Origin: an uncultured beta proteobacterium
GTDB taxonomy: Bacteria; Pseudomonadota; Gammaproteobacteria; Burkholderiales; Usitatibacteraceae
Length of the DNA stretch: 64,000 bases
Reading direction: 5' to 3'
Assembly (NCBI GenBank): GCA_963839265.1
Contig: CAWIUI010000008.1
Coordinates: forward strand, 97,235 to 161,234
Shown here piece after piece: positions 19,594 to 27,423 of the stretch; position 1 is the first letter of the stretch; the number at the start of each line of letters is the position of its first letter. A program made the translations under genes and the position numbers. Below the pieces are notes generated by a model. That model did no database searches, had not been told where the DNA came from, and was given only the letters and a program-made list of their open reading frames with translations.

Positions 19594-20685
19594 TTAGCGC
19601 CGACTGGGGTATCCACTTAACCGGACTGGAAACTGCAGCTGGATTTCGGCGGTCCGCCACGGGCGGTCCGCCGCTGGGCGCTCGAGGCTCGGAGGGTGTC
19701 CCGTGCCGCCCTCGGCTCGCTTCGCACGGCGCGGCTTTTTGCTGGCGAGCAGATCCACGTACCGGACTGGCTCGTGGCCGGCGGCTAGCTGCAGGACCCG
19801 GTAGAACACCATGCCCCGGCTGGCCGATCGGCGGCGGTTGAACCGGAAGACGAACTCGTTGAGATAGGCGGGCAGGTGCGCGGCGTCAACCGAGCCCTGG
19901 TGGGTGCCCAGCAGCCACCGCTTGCACAGCGAGGCGACCCGATGGACTCCGGGCAGCAGGCTGTCCGGGTCATCCCCAGCGGCGCGGGCCGCTTTCTGGT
20001 TGATGGGCCGGTGCTGATATCCCTTGCCGCTGATGGCCCGGTAAGCGGCCCAGCCGTCAGTGATGACCGTCGCCCCTGGCTGGACGTTCTCGGTGACGAA
20101 CGTGCCCAGCGTGTCACCGCTGGCGTCATCGAGCGGCGCCATCCGGCAGCGGCCGATGCCCTTCGGCTCGCGAACCTCCACGGCGATCCCGGTGAGGACC
20201 TTCTTGCCGCGCTGCCGCCCGCCCCGCAAACCGGGCTCCTCGCCGCCGATGTAGGTCTCATCGACCTCGACCGTGCCGGACAGCCGGTCACGGCCCGGCC
20301 GCACCAGCGCTGACCGGAGCCGGTGCAGCATTGCCCACGCCGTCTGATAGGAGCCGATCTCCAGCACCCGCTGCAGGTGCTGGGCGGAGATGCCGTCCTT
20401 GGCGGTCGCGAACAGCCAGCAGGCGTGGAACCACACCGTCAGCGGTGTGCGCGTCTTGTCGAAGATAGTCCCAGCCGTCACCGAGGTCCGTGATCCGCAG
20501 CCGCCGCACTTGACCCGGCCGTCACCCAGCCGCCAGCCTCCCGCATGACCGCAGTCCGGGCAAACGAATCCGCCCGGCCAGCGCAGCCACTCAAGGTAGT
20601 CCAGGCAGTCGTCGTCAGTGCCGTACCAGGAAAGGAACTCGCCGGTCGATCTCGGGTAGTGCGCGCCCGCGACCGGTGTCGTCAT
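19594..20685 (-). CDS. IS1595-family transposase
   Basis: N-terminal Zn ribbon CPDC/CGGC; VEVDETYIGG, ITDGWAAY and YLNEFVFRFNRR motifs. Confidence 0.95.
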   Translation of the reverse strand: MTTPVAGAHYPRSTGEFLSWYGTDDDCLDYLEWLRWPGGFVCPDCGHAGGWRLGDGRVKCGGCGSRTSVTAGTIFDKTRTPLTVWFHACWLFATAKDGISAQHLQRVLEIGSYQTAWAMLHRLRSALVRPGRDRLSGTVEVDETYIGGEEPGLRGGRQRGKKVLTGIAVEVREPKGIGRCRMAPLDDASGDTLGTFVTENVQPGATVITDGWAAYRAISGKGYQHRPINQKAARAAGDDPDSLLPGVHRVASLCKRWLLGTHQGSVDAAHLPAYLNEFVFRFNRRRSASRGMVFYRVLQLAAGHEPVRYVDLLASKKPRRAKRAEGGTGHPPSLERPAADRPWRTAEIQLQFPVRLSGYPSRR

Positions 20686-20720
20686 GCGACGAGTCTAGTC
20701 CGGTTAAGTGGATACCCCAG
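19604..20720 (-). mobile_element. IS1595-family insertion sequence
   Basis: 24-bp perfect IRs CTGGGGTATCCACTTAACCGGACT; 8-bp TSD AGCGCCGA (19596-19603, 20721-20728). Confidence 0.95.
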
Positions 20721-20963
20721 AGCGCCGATACCCGCTCGGCTTGTCTGGCGCGGGATTCGAGCTGGTCGAGTGCGCGGGCCTGGTCTTGCTCGGTCATTGT
20801 CGTCTCTTCCTTGTCATAACCTGGAGGAGGAATTCGAGACCCTTGCGATTCCCGAATTCCTCCCGCTTCCCTTACGGCCGGAACTGGCGGCCTTGTATCC
20901 ATTATCCCATGAAATTCCTGATATACTTAAGTGTGTATAGAAGAGCATTATCAGGAGAGGGCA

Positions 20964-21116
20964 ATGGCGAGGTCAATCGCTAATTTCAGCCTCGATCCGG
21001 AGCTATTGGCGTGGTTCCAGGGCCAGGCGCAGCTGGAAGGCCGCCCGATGAGCCGCATCGTGGCCAGGCTGCTCACCGAGTACCGGGCTAAGCAGGCGGA
21101 GAAGTCCAGCGCATGA
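20964..21116 (+). CDS. Ribbon-helix-helix (CopG-like) protein
   Basis: 50 aa: NFSLDPELLAWFQGQAQLEGRPMSRIVARLLTEY; CAGGAG RBS. Confidence 0.7.
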   Translation: MARSIANFSLDPELLAWFQGQAQLEGRPMSRIVARLLTEYRAKQAEKSSA

Positions 21117-21739
21117 GCCTCAGCGAGCCGATCGCGTTAGACCTTGAGCTGCGTGCCTTCGTCTACCGGCTGTGGAACGCGGACGGCGCTTGCATGTATG
21201 TCGGGCAGCACCGTGGTATCCATCCAGCTGTCCGCATCAACCAGCATCGGAGCCAGCCCTGGTTCGGCGAGGTTGATCATGCTGACTTCGTAGAGATCCT
21301 GGACGGTGACCTGGATATCGCCGAGAAGCAGATGATCGCCGACTTGGAGCCGCGCTACAACAATGGCGGCTATTACGGGCTCCATCCCCGTGCCCCGCTG
21401 CCGCCGGAGGATGTGCGTGCACCGCATGATGACGAGGATCTGCTATTTCGCGATTTCCTGCTGCGTCTCCTGGAGGAGAACCTGGGCGCTGACCTCTGGG
21501 CGCTCGTCAAGGCCCGCAGTGAAGCAGCTGGCCGACGAGCGGAGCGCGTGATGACTGACTCCGTACTCGACCCCCGCACCCACCCGGTGAGCTTCGACAT
21601 CACCCAGCCGCCGCAGCAGGTCATCGCGCGGGCGCTGGCTGAGCCCGCCGCTGACCGCCTGCGACAGCGCCTTGATGATCTTGAGCACCGCCTGGATATC
21701 CTGCAGGGCATCCTGGCCGATCTCCTGGAGGACAGTTAG
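21113..21739 (+). CDS. GIY-YIG-domain protein with C-terminal coiled coil
   Basis: FVYRLW...MYVGQ...RINQH...AEKQMI...PRYN; ATGA overlap with the RHH gene. Confidence 0.75.
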   Translation: MSLSEPIALDLELRAFVYRLWNADGACMYVGQHRGIHPAVRINQHRSQPWFGEVDHADFVEILDGDLDIAEKQMIADLEPRYNNGGYYGLHPRAPLPPEDVRAPHDDEDLLFRDFLLRLLEENLGADLWALVKARSEAAGRRAERVMTDSVLDPRTHPVSFDITQPPQQVIARALAEPAADRLRQRLDDLEHRLDILQGILADLLEDS

Positions 21740-21914
21740 ATATGGCAGTCACCCCGTTCGACCCGACCGTCTCGACGCTGCTCATCCCGAACCAGCTCCA
21801 GCCCGTTAACGGTGTCTCGGACGCGACTTTCCTCAACCAGTTGCTGCCCTACGCCTCACGCATCAGCCCGATTACCCGAGCGCAGCAGCAGGTGCAGCAG
21901 GAAGGACAGCCGGA

Positions 21915-22286
21915 ATGACGAAGACCGGGAACAAGAACTTCGCGCAGGGCCAGGCCGTGTCGGAGCGCGAGACGGGAGCCGGGTGGGGATCTCCCGCTGA
22001 TAGCGCCAGCCCGCTGCCGCTCGATCAGCATCACACCCGCCGCAGTTACGTCGGTTTCGGCGAGATGCCGCGCGATGCCCGGCGTGAGCTGGCCAAGGCG
22101 GGTGATGAGCTGGAGCGCACCGTGATCAACCTGTCTGCGGCTCAGCTGGTCCACGGCGCGACCAGGGGCCTGCCCGGCCAACATGATGAGGTGGACAGCC
22201 CCGGCCGCACGTCCGGCAAGATTCCGCGCCGTGCATACGTTCCTGGGAGCCGCATACGCGCGGCCAGCAGCCGAGGGCCGGGATGA
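21915..22286 (+). CDS. Hypothetical protein
   Basis: GGAAGGA RBS; first gene of a coupled run of ORFs. Confidence 0.5.
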   Translation: MTKTGNKNFAQGQAVSERETGAGWGSPADSASPLPLDQHHTRRSYVGFGEMPRDARRELAKAGDELERTVINLSAAQLVHGATRGLPGQHDEVDSPGRTSGKIPRRAYVPGSRIRAASSRGPG

Positions 22287-22424
22287 TCCATTGGACCGCT
22301 ATGTAGGTGTTCGCGCGCTGCTGCTGCCGTCGTCGTCAGCGCCCCGCAGCGGCTTCGACCGCACGCATGAGCTGAGCCATCACGACGTGGCCGGCACCAC
22401 CATCATCAACGCGCTGGAGCAGTC

Positions 22425-22697
22425 ATGAACGACGACGACCGCTGGCAGACGCAGCGGGTGGCTGATCACCGCGTGCGGGAAGATGACAGGTTAGCCAGCG
22501 CCCGTGACCAGGCTCGGTTCCACGGCCCGCCGCCGCACACGGTCGCGCTGTTCTCCGAGCGCATGTTCACGCCCAATGCCCGCGAATCCCAGCAGCTCGG
22601 CACGGTAAGCGGCGAAACCGCGCTCGGCCTGCCGCCCGCGCCGATCACCGTGGGACGGGCACGACCGAGTGACTACGACGAGGAGGACTACCGGTGA
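22425..22697 (+). CDS. Hypothetical protein
   Basis: GGAG RBS; ATGA and GTGA overlaps at its two ends. Confidence 0.55.
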   Translation: MNDDDRWQTQRVADHRVREDDRLASARDQARFHGPPPHTVALFSERMFTPNARESQQLGTVSGETALGLPPAPITVGRARPSDYDEEDYR

Positions 22698-23161
22698 CAG
22701 TTTCACTCTTGGACGCCGAGGGCCGCCCGATATCCGCATTCGGCTCCCATGCGTCCTGGAATCAGGGCGCGGTGACCAATGCCGCGTCGTTCAGCGAGAC
22801 GGGCGCAGGCAGTACCAGCGGCAGCACCGGCACGGGCGCGGCCAAGATCTCGCCGACCAAGGCGGGCTCGACCAAGGCCCTGGGGTACCAGGATCTGGCC
22901 GCTCAGAGCCCTGGCGCGCCCCACCAGCCGCCCCTGGAGGTGGCCCCGGCACAGATCACGCCGCCGCGCACCAACCCCGATGAGCAGCCCGGCAGCAACC
23001 CGGTGGGCGATGCGCTCAAGGCGGTCGCGCAGCACTACGGGCCGACGGAGCAGCCCGGCCGTAACGACGAATTCCAGGTCGGGCGGACCAGCAGCCTCCC
23101 AGGTGCGGGCGAAGCAGCCGGCATAGCCGAAGACCTGGCCGACGTCGCGGAGGTGGCGTAG
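22694..23161 (+). CDS. Hypothetical low-complexity protein
   Basis: GAGGAGG RBS; GTGA overlap; rich in G/S/T/A/P. Confidence 0.55.
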   Translation: MTVSLLDAEGRPISAFGSHASWNQGAVTNAASFSETGAGSTSGSTGTGAAKISPTKAGSTKALGYQDLAAQSPGAPHQPPLEVAPAQITPPRTNPDEQPGSNPVGDALKAVAQHYGPTEQPGRNDEFQVGRTSSLPGAGEAAGIAEDLADVAEVA

Positions 23162-23430
23162 CCGTGCAGCTGAACGCGACTGAGCCGTTCGACATTAACG
23201 GCGCGGTCGGGCAGCTGGCTCATTTCGCCAAGGGCATCGTGTCCGGCCGTCCGGGTCATACTCTTCCAGCTGCCGCAGGCGGTGCTGGCGAGGTGGCCGA
23301 GGAGGCTGCCCCGTTACTGCTGGCCTGAGCGTCGCTGTAGCCTGTTCTGCGCGCCGGGTACCCAATGCACGCTGATCGCCGTAGAACCGCCTTCAGGTGC
23401 CACTACAGCGCGTCCAGCGTGATCTAGGCG

Positions 23431-24809
23431 TCAGGCCGGGTACGGGAACACCCCGTGGTCCGCGCCGTCGATGATCACCCGGACGCCCTTGGTCGCGCCG
23501 GGATCAGCCGGCGTGGCCTTCTCCACCCGGATGTCACGGGTCTTGAGGTACTCCCGCTTGCCGTCGTCGTCTAGGCCGTAGAAGTGCTCGCCGACCGTCA
23601 TCCCGGTATCGCGGTCCACTCCCAGTGGCCCGCCGTGGCCTCCTCCTCGTTCTTGCGCCGGTACTCCGCCAGCGTGGCCTGCAGCGCGGGCAGGTTCTCG
23701 AACCGCTCGGCCTCCACGGCTTCGCGCAGGTCCTGCTTCACGTCGGCTATCTCGGCATCCCAGTTGATGCCCGTGGCCCATTCGCGGGTCCGGTAAGGCT
23801 CCTCGCTGGTCAGGAACACCCGCGTGATCACGATGGTCTCGGCCTGCGCCAGCGGGACCATGTTGCCGCATCCCTTCCGCTGCGGTCCCGAGCCGAAGCA
23901 CCGGTAGTAGTACCGCCCGCCGCCCGTGCTGCCGCTCTTGATCCGGTACATCGGCGAGCCGCAGCGGGCGCACCGGAGGCCGGCGAGCATCGGCGGGTCA
24001 AGCGTCGCGGGTCCGCGATGCGGCCGGGTCTTCAGCGCCTGGTTGGCGCGGTCGAACACGTCGGCCGGCACTACCGCCTCGCACCGTTGGATGGTCACGC
24101 CCTGGCGGTTCTGCAGCCGGCCGGCGTACGCCCTGGTGCGGATCGTCCAGCGGACGCTGCTCTCATTCCAGTGCGCCTTGCCCCGTGGCGACGGGATGCC
24201 CTCGGAATCCAGCCAGGCGGCGATCGTCCGCAGCGAGTCGCCGGCGATACACCGGGCGAATATGTGCGGGACCACCCGGCGGCACAGGGCGGTCGGCACG
24301 ATCCGCTTGTGGTGCTTGGCGCCCTCGATCGTGAACCCCCACGGGACGTTGCTGTACACCGCGCCGTTCCGGTGCATGGTGTCGAGCGCGATCTTGACCT
24401 GCTCAGACAGGTGGACCGAGTGCTGGTGGGCGATGACCGCGCCGAGGGCCGTGACGGCCTCGCCTGACAGGTCCTCGGTGCCGAGCAGCGGCTCCTTCAC
24501 CGACTCGATCCGCCCGCCGGCGTCCTTGACCTGCCGGAGCAGCCGGAACAGCGCCTCGGGACCACGCCGCTCGGCGCGGTCGCTGTGCCAGCACACCAGC
24601 ACCCTGATCGTGCCCTCGCGCATGTCGTTCAGCATCTCGTCCAGCGTGGCCTGCTGCTCGCCCTTGCTGGCGCTCTTGTCGTTCAGCTCGTACCGCCGCG
24701 TCACCAGGTAGCCACGCTCCTGGCAGTGCCGCTCGACGTCGGGAACCTGGCTGGCCTCGTTCTGGTCGGCCGTGGAAACCCGGACCCAGGTGCCTGCTGG
24801 CTCGTTCAT
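23431..24809 (-). CDS. Large serine recombinase (integrase), apparent frameshift near 23612
   Basis: WVRVS, WHSDRAER, recombinase domain, Zn ribbon CARC...YRC...GC and coiled coil; tail (DTGMTVGEHF...) is in another frame; start is 48 bp from the att core. Confidence 0.9.
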
Positions 24810-24843
24810 CGTCCTCGCCCTGCCCTTCACCTGTTAGCATACT

Positions 24844-24871
24844 CGGTGAGAACAGGTCCAGGCTGGACATG
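24844..24871 (-). other. Hybrid att site at right end of the integrated element (B arm + GA core + P' arm)
   Basis: Minus strand reads ATGTCCAGCCTG-GA-CCTGTTCTCACCG. Confidence 0.85.
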
Positions 24872-24945
24872 AAGATGGCCAGCGAAAGCACGCCGATCAC
24901 GGCAGTGACCCGGCGAGCGTCCGGCAGCGGGGAAGGGGAGCTCAC
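24857..24945 (-). pseudogene. MFS transporter fragment 1 (N-terminal 29 codons)
   Basis: AGGAGG RBS, GTG start, MSSPSPLPDARRVTAVIGVLSLAIFMSSLD; continues at 9305 as LFIVNLAFP. Confidence 0.85.
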
Positions 24946-25047
24946 GGGCCGTCCTCCTAAGGTAAGTCCGAAATCTGGACCCACCCACCATAACCTGCCG
25001 CCCACTAGTGAGTCCAGAAATCCAACTGACGAGGTAAACTCATATCC

Positions 25048-25494
25048 GTGGTAAGTGTCTCTGCCGGGCCGCGGCCCTGTTCCATAGCCCGCACCCTGGA
25101 CATCGTGGGCGAGAAGTGGGCGCTGCTTGCCGTGCGCGAGGTCTTCCTCGGCAACCGCACGTTCGACGAGATGGTGCGGCGCACCGGGGCGCCGCGGGAC
25201 ACGCTCGCGGCCCGGCTGCGCACCCTGGTCGGCGCCGGGATCCTCGAGCGGCGGCAGTACCGCGAGCATCCGGCCCGCTTCGACTACCACCTGACCGCCG
25301 CGGGCCGCGACCTGTATCCCGTCATCGTCACGCTGATGCGCTGGGGCGATGAGTACCTGGCCGGCGACGACGGGCCGCCGCTGGTCCTGGAGCACCACTG
25401 CGGGCACCGGATGACAGCCCAGGTGGTGTGCGAGGCGTGCGGCGAGCCGCTGGCGGCCCGCGACACCAGGCCGGTGACCGACCGCCTAGGGTAG
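25048..25494 (+). CDS. HxlR-family winged-helix regulator
   Basis: CSIARTLDIVGEKWALL-VRE...YHLT-AGRDLYPV--LMRWGD; C-terminal HHCGH/CEAC. Confidence 0.9.
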   Translation: MVSVSAGPRPCSIARTLDIVGEKWALLAVREVFLGNRTFDEMVRRTGAPRDTLAARLRTLVGAGILERRQYREHPARFDYHLTAAGRDLYPVIVTLMRWGDEYLAGDDGPPLVLEHHCGHRMTAQVVCEACGEPLAARDTRPVTDRLG

Positions 25495-27273
25495 TCAGCC
25501 CGCCGGGGCTTTCCTGGCGGTGCGGTACAGGTCGACGAGCTCCTGCGTGCTGGTCGCGTCTTCCGGCGCCTTGTCGTCGCGCCAGCGGCCGGTGAACCGG
25601 GGGAAGCGCATGGCCAGGCCGGCGTTGGGCTTGATCTGTCCCCAGGCGGCGGTGTAGTTCGGGGACAGGGTGAGCTCGGCGGACAGGATCTCCAGGACGA
25701 GCCCGGGCTCGAACCACACGTCGGGCGCGGCGCGGGCGTCGACCCGGGCGGGCCGGTGCTCGGCGGCCAGCGGCGCGAGCCTGCCGGGCAGCGCGGCCAG
25801 ATCTGCGTCGGAGAACCCGGTGCCGCACTTGGTCACGGTGCGGAACTCCTCGGCAGCCGGGTCGTACGCAGCCAGCAGCAGCGCGCCGTAGACCCCGGCG
25901 CGGCGCCCCCGCCCGGCGAACGCGCCGACCACGACCAGGTCGACGGTATCGGAGAGTTCGGTCCGGTAGTCCCGCTTGAGCTTGATCCACAGCCAGCCGC
26001 GGGCGCCGGCCTGGTAGATCGAGTCCGGCTTGACCGACTTGCACACCAGCCCCTCGCAGCCGTCGGTGACCGCCTGCTCGAACGCGGCATCCAGCGCCTC
26101 GGGGGTGCCGACCTCGGTCGCGGTGGTGAGCCGCAGCCGGTCCGAGACGGTGATGGCCTCGGCCAGCGCCGCGCGCCGCTGCGGGTACGGCAGCATGGTC
26201 AGGTCCTGGCCGTCGGCGTACAGCAGCTCGAAGCAGAACAGCCCCACCGGCACGTCAAGCACCGCCTGGTCGATGCCGTGCTTGCGCCGCCGGAACATGA
26301 CCTCCTGGAACGGGTGCAGCTCTCCGGTGGCCGCGTCGTAGGCGACCACCTCGCCCTCCAGGATCGCCTCGCGCGGCCCCAGCCCGGCGGCCAGGCTCGC
26401 CACCACGTCGGGGAACTGCTCGGACAGGCTCTCCAGCCGCCGGGTGAACAGCTCGATGTGCCCGTCGGCGGTGCGGTGCGCCTGGACCCGGACGCCGTCG
26501 TACTTGTACTCCGCCGCGCACTCCCCGCCCAGCTTGGCCAGGATCTCGCTCGCGTCGGACAGCCGCTGGGCCAGCATGGCCCGCACCGGGTTGCCCGGGC
26601 GCACGTGGATCTGCTCGGCCGCGGCCAGCCCGCCTTCGGCCAGAGCTGCTGCGACCCGGCCCAGGTCGCAGCAGATGTTGTAGGCGCGTTCCAGCACCGG
26701 CCGGGCGGCCCGGCTGCCGGTGTACACCTGGGCCAGCGCGTCCAGGATGGTGGGCGTGCCGATGCCAAGCCGCAGTCCCTTGGTGACCAGCCGCAGCAGG
26801 TAGCGGGCCTCCAGCGGGGTGGCCCGGGCGAGCAGCGAGGCCAGCAGGTCCAGCTTGCGGCCCTGCGACCCCTGGCCCTCCGCCGCGGCGATCTGGCGCA
26901 GGGTGTCCACCACGGCCGGCACCGACAGGCTGGCCGGCCGGTCGGCCAGGCCGGCTGGCCGGCCGGGCGGGGTCGCGGCCAGCAGCCGCTCGGCGGCCAG
27001 GCCCAGATCCCCGGTCTGGTGGACCAGGGCGGTGACCTCGGCGGGGCTGGTGCCGGTGGCGGTGGCGACCGCGTGGACGGCGAGCTTCTCGGCCAGGCCC
27101 AGGTCCACCCCGGCGAACTCCGGCGCGATCAGGCCCTGGCACAGGTAGCAGACCACCGGCCGGAGTTCGGCCGGGGTGGCGGCGAGCAGCGCGGCCAGGC
27201 GCTCCACCAGTGCCAGCCGACCGCTGGCCTGCTCCAGGTCACGGTAGGCCTCGGCGACCGTCTCGTACTGCAT
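25495..27273 (-). CDS. lig: ATP-dependent DNA ligase
   Basis: N-terminal DNA-binding domain; EYKYDG, EGE, FELLY, EGLVCK and WIKLK motifs; OB fold. Confidence 0.95.
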   Translation of the reverse strand: MQYETVAEAYRDLEQASGRLALVERLAALLAATPAELRPVVCYLCQGLIAPEFAGVDLGLAEKLAVHAVATATGTSPAEVTALVHQTGDLGLAAERLLAATPPGRPAGLADRPASLSVPAVVDTLRQIAAAEGQGSQGRKLDLLASLLARATPLEARYLLRLVTKGLRLGIGTPTILDALAQVYTGSRAARPVLERAYNICCDLGRVAAALAEGGLAAAEQIHVRPGNPVRAMLAQRLSDASEILAKLGGECAAEYKYDGVRVQAHRTADGHIELFTRRLESLSEQFPDVVASLAAGLGPREAILEGEVVAYDAATGELHPFQEVMFRRRKHGIDQAVLDVPVGLFCFELLYADGQDLTMLPYPQRRAALAEAITVSDRLRLTTATEVGTPEALDAAFEQAVTDGCEGLVCKSVKPDSIYQAGARGWLWIKLKRDYRTELSDTVDLVVVGAFAGRGRRAGVYGALLLAAYDPAAEEFRTVTKCGTGFSDADLAALPGRLAPLAAEHRPARVDARAAPDVWFEPGLVLEILSAELTLSPNYTAAWGQIKPNAGLAMRFPRFTGRWRDDKAPEDATSTQELVDLYRTARKAPAG

Positions 27274-27314
27274 GCAGGATAATTATCCCGAACGAGCGCG
27301 CGGCAAGCATCGGC

Positions 27315-27419
27315 CGCCCCCTCGTGCCTCACCTGGCGCCCCGCGCCGCCGCCCCCTCGTGCCTCACCTGGCGCCCCGCGCCGCCGCCCCCTCGTGCCTC
27401 ACCTGGCGCCCCGCGCCGC
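27315..27419. repeat. 3 x 35-bp exact tandem repeat (VNTR)
   Basis: Unit CGCCCCCTCGTGCCTCACCTGGCGCCCCGCGCCGC, no spacers. Confidence 0.95.
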
Positions 27420-27423
27420 CGAG

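Larger units (their letters stand above)
19241..20797 (-). pseudogene. Hypothetical gene interrupted by IS1595
   Basis: Removing the IS and one TSD restores MTEQDQARALDQLESRARQAERVSALNASRSTWWQEK... Confidence 0.75.
9308..24856. mobile_element. Serine-integrase integrative element (~15.5 kb), phage-satellite-like
   Basis: Both att junctions resolved; integrase next to one end; AAA helicase, iteron cluster and many small ORFs; no structural or conjugation genes recognised. Confidence 0.85.

Noticed and set aside
9308-24856. Classical AICE or intact prophage
   Set aside because: No FtsK/SpoIIIE TraB, RepSA/RepAM, terminase, portal, capsid or tail genes were recognised.
27315-27419. Possible CRISPR array (35-bp repeats)
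   Set aside because: The units are contiguous with no spacers, and there are no cas genes.
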